This document shows positions 52,395 to 63,871 of a stretch of 64,000 nucleotides of DNA, in pieces. Both the position numbers and the translations under genes were made by a program. The notes beneath the pieces are model-generated. The model was not told where the DNA came from. It did not search any database and saw nothing but the letters and a program-made list of their open reading frames with translations. How positions within the stretch are numbered: the stretch's first letter is position 1; every line of letters begins with the position of its first letter. Source of the stretch: an uncultured Verrucomicrobiae bacterium (GTDB lineage: Bacteria > Verrucomicrobiota > Verrucomicrobiia > Chthoniobacterales > JAFAMB01); the NCBI GenBank assembly GCA_963837955.1, contig CAWIPH010000002.1:4736001-4800000 (forward strand), in the 5' to 3' direction.

Positions 52395-52631
52395 ATGGCC
52401 GACATTGCGAATAAATACGCGGAAAACGTGTCCGGAAAGCTGTACGTCGATGACCAGTGCATTGACTGCGACCTGTGCCGGGAAACCGCACCCGCTAATT
52501 TCATGCGCAGCGACGAAGGCGGCTACTCCTATGTGTTTAAGCAACCGACCACCCCGGAGGAGCAGGCGCTTTGTAAGGAAGCCATGGAAGGATGTCCGGT
52601 TGAAGCCATCGGCAACAATGGCGAAGGTTGA
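52395..52631 (+). CDS. Single-cluster ferredoxin
   Basis: YVDDQCIDCDLC..CPVEAIG. Confidence 0.92.
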   Translation: MADIANKYAENVSGKLYVDDQCIDCDLCRETAPANFMRSDEGGYSYVFKQPTTPEEQALCKEAMEGCPVEAIGNNGEG

Positions 52632-52921
52632 GTGTGATCGAACCAGGACAATGAAACTGCCTAGCCAAACCAACGCAGCGAACGGGCGAAGCAGAAGCAC
52701 CCGCGCGAGCCAGCGTTCCGGAACGCTTCAACTGTGGGAAGGGCCGGGCGTATTCCGAGCCGGCTCGTTCGCGAGACCAATTTACCGGAAGGAAGAGACC
52801 GAAGGATTCCGAGCGACCTCAACCAAAAAACCAAAACAGAACGCAAAATATTGGTGAATCTGCTAAGTCTTCGCTGCTAGTGAAGCATGCTGTATCGTGG
52901 TACTTTTCCGCAAATACTGAT

Positions 52922-53086
52922 ATGACTGAAAAACCACCACAGCCGACGGACGAACCAAGCTTTGAGGGGTCAGGGAAACCTAGACCACAAGGTGACATCC
53001 GGAAGTCTAACGCTCGCTATCGGTGGTACAATTCTCGTAGTAAACGTCCCTCTAGCCGCAAGCACACACGTAGCGGTAGGCGATAA
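52922..53086 (+). CDS. 54-aa basic micro-protein, copy 1
   Basis: ATG-TAA frame conserved without gaps in paralog 53448-53612. Confidence 0.45.
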   Translation: MTEKPPQPTDEPSFEGSGKPRPQGDIRKSNARYRWYNSRSKRPSSRKHTRSGRR

Positions 53087-53101
53087 AATGCTAGCCTAAG
53101 A

Positions 53102-53374
53102 ATGCCAGCTTTTTTCTATACTGTAGCTCTGGGCATTAATAAATCGTCACCAAAAAAGGGATGGCTTGTGGAACTGCTCTGCTTGCATCACAAGCAATCC
53201 CCTGAAATGTCAGCATGTGACGTAGCCGAATCCGCTGTAAGAGAAAAGTTAAGTGCTGAAGCAATTATCGGCTACAGAGACTCTAGCGAATACTCCTCCC
53301 CGCTGCCAATGAATCTGGGTAAGGCGCACTTCATTTCGCCTTGTGGTTGTCGTGCTTGGCCTTTGCCGTTTTGA
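53102..53374 (+). CDS. Hypothetical protein (ORFan, low GC)
   Basis: 90-codon ATG ORF filling the space between the two repeats. Confidence 0.45.
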   Translation: MPAFFYTVALGINKSSPKKGWLVELLCLHHKQSPEMSACDVAESAVREKLSAEAIIGYRDSSEYSSPLPMNLGKAHFISPCGCRAWPLPF

Positions 53375-53447
53375 TATCCTGCTAACGTCTGCTGCTAGTC
53401 CTAGAAATCGTAACACTGGGTAGCACTTTGGTATGCTCCATGCTGAT

Positions 53448-53612
53448 ATGCTTAAAAAATTACCGCCGCCAACCGAGGAACCAAGCTTTAAGGAGTCAGG
53501 GAAACCCAGACCACAAGATAACGCTCGGAAGTCTAACGATCGCTACCGGGGGTACAATTCTCGCAGTAAACGTCCCGCTAGCCGTAAGAACCAACGTAGC
53601 GGGAGGAGATAA
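53448..53612 (+). CDS. 54-aa basic micro-protein, copy 2 (below the ORF-track cut-off)
   Basis: MLKKLPPPTEEPSFKESGKPRPQDNARKSNDRYRGYNSRSKRPASRKNQRSGRR; 136/165 nt identical to copy 1 by hand alignment. Confidence 0.45.
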   Translation: MLKKLPPPTEEPSFKESGKPRPQDNARKSNDRYRGYNSRSKRPASRKNQRSGRR

Positions 53613-53761
53613 ATACTAACCTGGAAGCACCCGCTTTCAGGCAACGTCAATGCCGGACCGGTTAAAGATAACTGCTAGGCTAGCACTTCTTTGATTACTG
53701 GTTGCCGTAGTTATAACAGTTCTTTATTCTGTACTGATGGTGTATTATGCTAGCCTTTAAT

Positions 53762-54100
53762 ATGCGTCCAGTTGAATTGGGAGAATCGTTAATCCCTGGT
53801 ACAGGGTTGACTCTGATTCGTAAAAAACTGAAACGCTCTTTTGTTCTGTTACGAGTAGTGTCTTATAAAAATGTGCCAAAGAAAGAACAAGCGTGGTTTG
53901 GTTTAAATTATTGTTCTTACGCAGTCAGGGACAAGGGAGGAGCAGAATATATGATTATTGCAAACAATCGTCAGCCTCAGAGCGATGACTATAAACCATG
54001 GTTCCTTTGGCGTTATAGCCGCAAAGGTAAGGGTCCAGAAAAATCACGTTTCGATACCCTGCTTGCTAGCGTAGATGCTGGCGACACCAGAACGACCTAG
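53762..54100 (+). CDS. Hypothetical basic protein (ORFan, low GC)
   Basis: Long ORF in AT-rich DNA; alternative start 53747. Confidence 0.55.
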   Translation: MRPVELGESLIPGTGLTLIRKKLKRSFVLLRVVSYKNVPKKEQAWFGLNYCSYAVRDKGGAEYMIIANNRQPQSDDYKPWFLWRYSRKGKGPEKSRFDTLLASVDAGDTRTT

Positions 54101-54322
54101 GAACGCTTTTCGATGCTCTCCTTGTCCCTGTTGCACTAGGGCGAAGCTGAAACACTCCCCTAGAACTTGGAGCCTTGGCGGCTAGCCCTGTTGTGTTCGA
54201 CTTTGATTGCCTTTCATTTTGTCAAGCTGGCGTCTCACAAAGCATTCTAACAGGCGTGATGATGGTCATCGGCTCAGACCCGTATGCAGTCAATCCAGGC
54301 GCACGGGAGCAGATGCTCGCGG

Positions 54323-54553
54323 CTAGCAAATGGAAAGCCGGGAAGCAGTCCCTTCGCTACACCATTGAACATCTGCAAGAGCCTGTTTGACAGCCTCTGT
54401 ATGTTGATCCCAGTAGGGAAGGTTGCTATCATCACGATCCGTAAGCTTCGGCACCAGCACATCAACTTTCCGCTGCTGTAACTGCTCTGCAACCATTGAC
54501 CAAGTGAATGGACCAACGAGGGGGCTATGCACGAGAACGACCAGGGAATCCAT
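54323..54553 (-). pseudogene. N-terminal fragment of an alpha/beta hydrolase
   Basis: VVLVHSPLVGP.TW..VAE.L; ends before the catalytic Ser. Confidence 0.7.
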
Positions 54554-55015
54554 CGATTACACCCTTTAAAGCATACCACTGGCTTCGCAGGCGAACAACG
54601 AACCGCGTTGGCTTCACAAAAATCAGGGCAATCACTCCATTCCGGTCTCACGCAGTAACGAAAGCCAACCGAGAACAAGTTACCTTTTGTGTACGAGGAG
54701 TAGCGACTGCTCCTTGCGGTGTTCCTGCCTCCGTGGACGTCTGCAATCTGATCCCGGCTCCGGCGTTTCCGCCGAGTTCTGGCTTCGGTGTCCTCGTTCT
54801 CTTGCACCGTCAACTCTTCGCAAATCCAGGCCCCATCCGCCAGATGGGGTTAACAAGACGCTTACGATACTGGGATCGTTCCCGGTGACGCTTTCTTGAG
54901 TGGTTTCGGTGGGCTGGGCGGAACTATTTGCGGCTTGGCTTCGCGCTTTGGTCCGGGTAGCGGTCCGGTTCTTCGATTCCACGCTTACGCTTCCGCCTCG
55001 GTTCTTCTACTGGCA

Positions 55016-55300
55016 TTATTTTTCTTTCCGGCTTTTCCAATACTTTTCCCAAGCCTGCTCCAATCCGGCTCGAGTAACGGCGATACTGTGACTGATCAAA
55101 AAACTTGAGTGCAGCGCAACGAACGCATTCCACCCGGCCGCGAATGCTTCCCGTTCACCGGCTTGGATTGAGTCGCCTAGATCCCGAATTGCTTTCTTTA
55201 TTTTCGGTGAACTCATCACCTCTTCAAAGATCCCTTGTTCTTTGAGGAAATCGTCAAAATCACTTCCCCGATGCGGACTGGGTTTTTCTATTTTGGCCAT
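55016..55300 (-). CDS. Hypothetical protein whose N-terminus resembles XRE-type antitoxins; HTH not evident
   Basis: PHRGSDFDDFLKEQGIFEEV. Confidence 0.55.
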   Translation of the reverse strand: MAKIEKPSPHRGSDFDDFLKEQGIFEEVMSSPKIKKAIRDLGDSIQAGEREAFAAGWNAFVALHSSFLISHSIAVTRAGLEQAWEKYWKSRKEK

Positions 55301-55423
55301 CGCGAGGGATTCGAGCCCCGGGGTTTTATCAGTTCCGATCAATGTTTTGGTCCAACTTCTCTTTTGGCAGGTTCTCTTCCAGCCATTTCCGAATCGCCTC
55401 GTATTCCGGTTGGCCCCAGACGC

Positions 55424-55921
55424 TCAGCAAGGCACAACCCCTCCCTGACTAGCTCGGAAAAGATCCTCAAACACCTTTCCCGGGTCTAAGCCAAATTTTT
55501 GTGTAATTAAGTAAAGCACGTGCGTATTAGGGACGGCGTATTTGTTAACTTCAAAGAGTCTTTTCGCGGCTAAGCGAAAGCTACTGTAATAAAGAAGGAG
55601 CGGGATAAGCGCCATAGCCGAGCTGCGAGACACTCCAGCAAAACAATGTACGACCAGATTTGCTTTCGTCGGATCTTCTAAAACTTGCTTCATCCATTCC
55701 AGGCTAAACTGGTACACCGATTCAACATCTTCAGGCGTAGCGATACCCGGACCGTTTATTAGATCCCAGAAAGCCAAATTTACTCGAGGATTGATGAAAT
55801 CTGGTCGCGGAATCCCTATCTCATCCGCCTCCCGGATGCTTATTACCCAATGGTGACTAGACTTGAGGAACATATCCTCAAATCGGTGTCTACTGACAAT
55901 TTCGATTGGGGCCGGATTCAT
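55424..55921 (-). CDS. Predicted protein-tyrosine/dual-specificity phosphatase
   Basis: VISI, L.F.D, VHCFAGVSRSSA (CX5R), PN. Confidence 0.85.
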   Translation of the reverse strand: MNPAPIEIVSRHRFEDMFLKSSHHWVISIREADEIGIPRPDFINPRVNLAFWDLINGPGIATPEDVESVYQFSLEWMKQVLEDPTKANLVVHCFAGVSRSSAMALIPLLLYYSSFRLAAKRLFEVNKYAVPNTHVLYLITQKFGLDPGKVFEDLFRASQGGVVPC

Positions 55922-56128
55922 TTCGAGGGATCCTGAAGAAGCTGCAAAGAGCTTTGGATGCCTAAGCGAAGGTAACCCCAGCGGTTACCGTGAGCGACCG
56001 CATTATATCAGGCCGAAAGCCTCAAATCGTCCTAGAGGCTTTTTGAACACTGCTCGACTGAACTCGTGCGCGCTCGAATATCAACCGCTCCCATTTGGTT
56101 TGGCCTCTCATACCGTCCATAGTTAAAG

Positions 56129-56389
56129 ATGCCTGAACGAAACCCCACAGAGAAGTTTTACGACCACTACGAGAGGTATCAAAGTGCGAAATCGAGACAG
56201 GGCGCTCATTGGACGAAAGTGTATGCCATGTTTAGCATAGGTGACCTGCGTCAGCTCGTCGGCGAAAACTATAAGGACAAGAATGAGTGCGCGAAGGTCA
56301 TTGCAACCTTATTCGCTCGCATCGCAATGACTCACCAGCAAGCGCTGGAAACCTATCAAGAACTCTACGACGACAGTAGACCGATCTAG
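56129..56389 (+). CDS. Hypothetical protein
   Basis: 86-codon ATG ORF with protein-like composition. Confidence 0.55.
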   Translation: MPERNPTEKFYDHYERYQSAKSRQGAHWTKVYAMFSIGDLRQLVGENYKDKNECAKVIATLFARIAMTHQQALETYQELYDDSRPI

Positions 56390-56490
56390 CCATTTGGTTC
56401 TTATCAGTAAACCACAAAGGAGCGAGCCAGCGGCAGCGATCAGATCGAAAATATCTTGATTGCGAATCCTCCTGGGCAACATTTTTGCGG

Positions 56491-56742
56491 ATGGAGGAGT
56501 ATTACTCAGAGTTGGCGTCGGCTTTGCAAGAAAGACTTGCAGTGATCTCCGATCAGGATTTGCGAACCAAGGATCCCGAAGCTCAATTGCGGCGACTCCA
56601 TTTGGCGTCGGAGCGGATCGATCGACTGAAACAGGGTTTACCGGCAGATGCGGATCCTATGTTAAAGCACTTTTTGGAGCGCATGAGCCTGACCAAGGCC
56701 TTGGAATTGATTCAGAGTCGATATCTGGAGGCGAACAATTAG
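56491..56742 (+). CDS. Conserved hypothetical helical protein
   Basis: ERLAVISD...LP.DADP.L.HFLERMS..KAL motif. Confidence 0.65.
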   Translation: MEEYYSELASALQERLAVISDQDLRTKDPEAQLRRLHLASERIDRLKQGLPADADPMLKHFLERMSLTKALELIQSRYLEANN

Positions 56743-56924
56743 GTAGCTTGCAGAGGATCTCGTGCGCCATGCCTTGGTTTGGTGTGCTTCCTCCGTCCGA
56801 ACATTATTCGCTCGACTACGTCCACTATTCTTTGCTCGGCAATACTGTGAGGGTCCGCATGCCAGCCGGTTGCTTGCAGCTTGGGAACCACGAACGTTCG
56901 ACAGGTATCAGCCTCATTTGGCAT
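56739..56924 (-). pseudogene. hsdR: Type I restriction subunit R N-terminal remnant
   Basis: MPNEADTCR.FVVPKLQA.GW..DPHSIAEQR, the EcoEI-type HsdR start; only about 32 codons remain. Confidence 0.75.
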
Positions 56925-56933
56925 AAAAGGCCT

Positions 56934-57140
56934 TCATTTTAACCGAGGTGTAACGGCGGCTGTGGGCGGCGGCGGGGACAGCGCACGGATCTCGTGGCCG
57001 AAGCATCCCTGAAGGATATCGAGTTTTTCGTCGATAGACATCTCGTCAAACTCGCGCTCGGAAACCTGCTCTTCCAAAAGGACCAATTTGCACCAGAGGT
57101 CGAAGTTTGTAGCTAATTCTCGATAGGTAGGTTTGCTCAT
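56934..57140 (-). CDS. Small acidic protein resembling anti-CRISPR AcrIE4
   Basis: MSKPTYRELATNFDLW...SEREFDEMSIDEKL......FG.E follows the AcrIE4 pattern as recalled. Confidence 0.6.
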   Translation of the reverse strand: MSKPTYRELATNFDLWCKLVLLEEQVSEREFDEMSIDEKLDILQGCFGHEIRALSPPPPTAAVTPRLK

Positions 57141-57336
57141 TTCCAGTGGCCGGTTGCCGCGCACAGCTCGCTCTGCCATAGTCCGATCAACGCGCCCCAA
57201 AATTGCGCCGCTTAACATTGGAGAGCGTTAGATTCTGGGGGCCGAACGGCGAGCGCTTCCGGCAAGGAGGATCAGCATGGCCTTCGTGGAGTCGACGTTT
57301 CGGCAATGGCACCCTTCGTTCCGGGGGGCTGCTGCA

Positions 57337-59826
<2,490 letters not shown>

Positions 59827-59897
59827 TGCGTTTCCGATGCCCGCCCGCCGCCTGACCTTGTTGCCATTTGCTACAACATCAGCACTTCAACATTCGT

Positions 59898-60066
59898 CTA
59901 ACTGATCCTGGTTCCAAGCAAGCCGGAGGTCTTCGCGGAGGCCCTCCGCTCATTGATGCTCGTAGCGAGCCCGTTGCCGCCGACGCTGAGCGAAGCGCTC
60001 TCTTGCCAAGGTTAAGCGCCAGATGCCTTTACCCAGGCGGATGCGTTTGCGGCATCTAAAGCCCAC
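59898..60066 (-). pseudogene. DUF4236-domain remnant with frameshifts
   Basis: GFRCRKRIRLGKGIW, then in shifted frames LNLGKR, ASLSVGGNG, GLLGTRIS. Confidence 0.65.
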
Positions 60067-60215
60067 AGTCATATCTCCCAGTTCCGCCCTTCGGGCGAGT
60101 CGACAAAAGCAACCGCTTCCGCGAGGGTCGAGAACTTTTCGCCGGCACAACTAAACGACCCGGCCTTTGTGTTGTGAGAGCGGATCATCCAAAGCTCGGC
60201 GCCCCGTCTGCTCGA

Positions 60216-60476
60216 TCACGCCCCGATGAGAACCCGGTGAACACTATTTGGAGCACTGATCATTCGATCGATGCCGTTGGCGACCTTCTGGGCCTCTTCC
60301 GGCGTCGTGTAAGAGTAATACAGGAGCTCAGTTTTCAGCCACGACACTGGATCTTTTAAGAATTCCGACACAAGGTATCGCTCTTTATGCGGCTCAATCA
60401 TTGCGTTAGGCTCAACACCTATTGCTCCGCAGGCGTCAAGAAAGGCCTGCTCGTTTTTGGCTGTGAATTCGTTCAT
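60216..60476 (-). CDS. Hypothetical protein
   Basis: 86-codon ATG ORF 10 nt downstream of the preceding ORF. Confidence 0.55.
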   Translation of the reverse strand: MNEFTAKNEQAFLDACGAIGVEPNAMIEPHKERYLVSEFLKDPVSWLKTELLYYSYTTPEEAQKVANGIDRMISAPNSVHRVLIGA

Positions 60477-60486
60477 TTGATGCCTA

Positions 60487-60690
60487 CTAGGCGTAAGAAC
60501 GCCGTTTCGATGTTTTCTGCTCTTTCGCGGCCTTTGGCCGTTTCGGCTCCCGGGACTTCGATCGGCGTGGATTTAACGCTAGGCCACTTGAGCAGCCTTT
60601 GAGAACCGCGTAGAATCGAGATTCTAGGTCAACATAAGCTAGCCTATTTTCAGTCAGAAGTCGCCTCCTATCGATCGCTTTATACTCCAC
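60487..60690 (-). CDS. Hypothetical basic protein
   Basis: 67-codon ORF co-oriented with 60216-60476. Confidence 0.35.
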   Translation of the reverse strand: MEYKAIDRRRLLTENRLAYVDLESRFYAVLKGCSSGLALNPRRSKSREPKRPKAAKEQKTSKRRSYA

Positions 60691-60746
60691 TCTTTTGTCA
60701 GGAAGAATGGCGCGGCCATGATTCTGTTCAGTTGCGACGATCTAAA

Positions 60747-61484
60747 ATGAAGGCACCATTCTGCATCATAGGAGCAACGCGCGGTACGGGCTTACTAATC
60801 GCTCAGCAATTATTGGAGCGCGGGTCAAACGTCAAGGTCGTCGCGCGCGATCCGGGTAAGGCCAGCCGCCTCCTAGGTAATCGAGCAGATGTACGCCAGG
60901 GTGACGTGATTGATGCTCGGTCGATCCGTGACGCTATAGCCGGGGACTACAGGGCAATATTTTTCACTGTTGCTGCTACAGGTGGAATGGATGGTCGCGC
61001 CCTGTTCGGGTCGAAGACCAAGATCCGCGAGGTGACGTACCAAGGATTGCTGAACGTGGTCGACGCAGCGCGTTCAAGCGGTTTCAAAGGACGTATCACA
61101 CTGCCGTCGGTTGTGGGCGCGGATCGGTCGTCGCTCATCATTAGCATTCTCAATACAATCAAATCCGGCCTGCAGCGGAACCTGATTGAAAGAGAACTCT
61201 ATTTACGAGCGAGTGGACTAGACTACACGATCGTGCGAGCGCCGATTCTCACAAGCGCGCCGGCTGGCCAAACTAATGTCCGCATTACTCAAGCAGTTAA
61301 TAGGTTAACAGCTGGACCAAAGATCTCGCGTGGCGATCTGGCTCGCATAATGATTCTGGCGTCTGAACAGGCCGTGGCCTCACGCAAGACCTTTGACCTG
61401 TTTGCCGAAAAAGGGGCCGCCCCTTCCGACCAGCAAATTCTTAACCAGCTCGAACAGATACCGACAGATACGGAACCACAATGA
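60747..61484 (+). CDS. NAD(P)-binding atypical SDR (NmrA/BVR-B-like)
   Basis: IIGATRGTG Rossmann motif, SGLDYTIVR, ISR.DLA. Confidence 0.85.
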   Translation: MKAPFCIIGATRGTGLLIAQQLLERGSNVKVVARDPGKASRLLGNRADVRQGDVIDARSIRDAIAGDYRAIFFTVAATGGMDGRALFGSKTKIREVTYQGLLNVVDAARSSGFKGRITLPSVVGADRSSLIISILNTIKSGLQRNLIERELYLRASGLDYTIVRAPILTSAPAGQTNVRITQAVNRLTAGPKISRGDLARIMILASEQAVASRKTFDLFAEKGAAPSDQQILNQLEQIPTDTEPQ

Positions 61485-62017
61485 ATGAGCGAGACATCTC
61501 GGTCAGCTCCCATATCTGCTCTCACTGTTTCTTTATCGTGTTGCAGGTCTTTTGAGCAAGAGAATCAATGATAGGGACAGGTACACAGCAAATAACGTTA
61601 GTGCAATTACAGACCAGTGCAAAGCATTTGCGGATCGGACTCCAAGCGATGTAGCAGTGCATGGAGACAAGGAAGAATAAGACTAAAGGCGGGGTTTCAA
61701 TCTGACTAACAATGGAACAGGCGCTTGATACAATGTCGATCGAAACTTTTTGGGAACGTGCACGTTGCCCGAATAGCTGGCACAACTTCACCACAGGAAA
61801 TGGGAGAGATTCTAGGGAAGGTGATTTACCCTGGACCCGTTACCCGACGGCGAATGCAGTTACTTTTAACCTAACGAGATAGACAGGCGGTCAGTTAAAC
61901 ACAACAAGAATGTGACGAGCACGCAGGCTCACCTAACCGCGCCTCTTGTAGTGCATGTGCGAAGGCAAGGTGCGTCTAGCAGCGAAGCCTAGCAAATGGA
62001 GCATCGAAAAAGCGTTC

Positions 62018-62284
62018 CTAGGCCCGTTCTAGCGGGTATCGCAGCCGCATCTCCTTGAGCAGTTCCCGGATCTTATCGAATGCAGCGTTTTGTGCGTCAC
62101 CATAGCGTGGGGCAGATGATGGCCACACGAAAAAGTTTTCCAACAGCAAGAGTAAAGTGCTGATGTCGTTCTCTAGCACTACATCTTCCTTTTTGAGTCT
62201 TTCGATTGCGTTGCCATCTCTTACAGACTCGTTTTCCAGATTGGCAACTCTGTGCTCAACGTTAAGGAATCTCGCTTCAGACAT
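62018..62284 (-). CDS. Hypothetical coiled-coil protein
   Basis: AAGGAG upstream, heptad pattern VEHRVANLE..IERL. Confidence 0.55.
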   Translation of the reverse strand: MSEARFLNVEHRVANLENESVRDGNAIERLKKEDVVLENDISTLLLLLENFFVWPSSAPRYGDAQNAAFDKIRELLKEMRLRYPLERA

Positions 62285-62852
62285 AGGAGCAAGGATACTC
62301 CTTTTGTAATGCGATGTCACGCCTAGCGGCAAAGCTTAGCAGCTTGCCAAGTGGTCTGGTCCTAGTGCTCGGTTCTAGCACCAGCAACCGCAGCAAGGCA
62401 AAGCATCCACGCTTCAGGTTCAATTAAGACTTCGTTCCAATCTGATTCGGGATGCCGTAACACCATCAGGCACTGGCAGTAGTCGAACCGATGTCGCCAC
62501 ACGCTTTCAAGATCTCGCTCGTGAACGGTCGCGATCGGATTCCTTTTTTAGCTGAGTCTCCCACCCCCAAAATTTTTGTCATGCTTTAGTCGGGGAGCTT
62601 GCACAGTGTCAGATTTTTGACACGCCGTGTCAAAAGCGACTTATTGGCGATCTTTCAGTCTATCGTTGTACGGTGAGCCGGGACACTTGAACTTTCGACC
62701 AACACCCAAAGCATCCGTTCGACGATCCAGGATTTGAAATCGGTGGTGACGCCGCGGTACCATCCACGAGATGATGGATCAGCAGCTTCGAAATGGAACG
62801 TAACCGGTCGCCGTTCGCCGAGCCGTACGTAGACTTCAGCCGGTGGTAAGCT

Positions 62853-63023
62853 TTACCGGTGCGAACTAATTGCCTGACAAATTCCTACGGTCTCGCGGTT
62901 GATCGCATCGGCGATCAATAACGCGGCGAAAATCGTGATGGCGTTTTGGTCAGCAGTAGTTGTTTGTTCAGCTAATCTCTTTGCTTCCACAAGGAGTTCG
63001 TCTGCGGTATTGAATTCTGGCAT
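62853..63023 (-). CDS. Hypothetical small helical protein
   Basis: MPEFNTADELLVEAKRLAE..., 56 aa. Confidence 0.4.
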   Translation of the reverse strand: MPEFNTADELLVEAKRLAEQTTTADQNAITIFAALLIADAINRETVGICQAISSHR

Positions 63024-63292
63024 ATCCACCAAGCTTACCAGACTCGCCCACTTGCTTGGCAATACGCATTCTTCGGCGTGGCGGAGGCCCTCAGATAAGA
63101 CGGCGAACCCAATAAGACAGACGAAGAACTAGGTTGCAGCCGCAGCTTGATAGCGTGCCAGTTACGTACAAAATCAGATCCCAAAGCCACTGGGATAGTA
63201 ACAAGTCGCGGTAACGCACTCGCCAAGGTTCGCTGAGTTCCGCCCAACGCTACTGCAGTTGAGTCGTTTCTTTACTAGATGCAAGTTGCTCA

Positions 63293-63871
63293 ATGGCCCT
63301 TAATCCGTTCGAACAACTCGAATCCTTTGTTTCCGAACCGCGCAAGGCGTTCGAGGATCTGGCAACGATGTTGTTGCAAGACTGCGGGAAAGCCGTGGGC
63401 AGGGTCGCTATCTATCTAGGTGACGGCGGAGTAGATGCCTACACAGGCGATTTCTCTAGAAGCGGACAACTAAGGGTCTACCAAACCAAATATTTTACCA
63501 GGCCTTGGAGCGGCTCCCAGAAGCAACAGATTCGAACGTCTTTTGAGACGGCTGCTAACTCTCAGGACTTCAATCTAAAAGAATGGGCTCTTTGCGTTCC
63601 GGTCAGGCTTACGAGGCAGGATCTTAAATGGTTCGATGGATGGAAAGCAGAGCAGTCGGTTCCGATCGACATCATCGATGGTGATGATCTGACGCAGATG
63701 TTGGATAGTGCTGACGGAGCGCGCACACGCCAGCAGTTTCGCGATTGGGGAGTCTTCTCGGTTCGAAACGGCTCCCCAGTAATACAGGCTCGCGTTCGCT
63801 GCATTAAGAGAGACCCGAGAACCTACCAGACATTCAGCCTATGCTTTCCGATATCGAAGGTAATAAGGTGA
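63293..63871 (+). CDS. PD-(D/E)xK restriction-endonuclease-like domain protein, probably truncated
   Basis: FEDL...GDGGVDA...VYQTKYF, W.LC.P..LT.....WF..W. Confidence 0.75.
   Translation: MALNPFEQLESFVSEPRKAFEDLATMLLQDCGKAVGRVAIYLGDGGVDAYTGDFSRSGQLRVYQTKYFTRPWSGSQKQQIRTSFETAANSQDFNLKEWALCVPVRLTRQDLKWFDGWKAEQSVPIDIIDGDDLTQMLDSADGARTRQQFRDWGVFSVRNGSPVIQARVRCIKRDPRTYQTFSLCFPISKVIR

Noticed and set aside
52960..53090. c-di-GMP-I riboswitch in the twin repeat
   Set aside because: AGGGAAACC resembles the motif start, but the GGGACGCAAAGC junction and second stem are absent.
52880..53100. TAG-recoded gene on the minus strand of the twin repeat
   Set aside because: Substitutions between copies do not favour that frame, and copy 2 has a TAA in it.
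52860..54120. CRISPR array or integron attC array
   Set aside because: Repeats are neither identical nor regularly spaced, no clear RYYYAAC..GTTRRRY palindromes, and no cas or intI gene.
55306..55322. attR copy of the tRNA-Asp 3' end (TTCGAGCCCCG)
   Set aside because: Only 11 bp match, lacks the acceptor-stem end, and no integrase nearby.
61522..61794. 90-aa Cys-rich ORF
   Set aside because: No motif or RBS support; cannot be distinguished from a spurious ORF.
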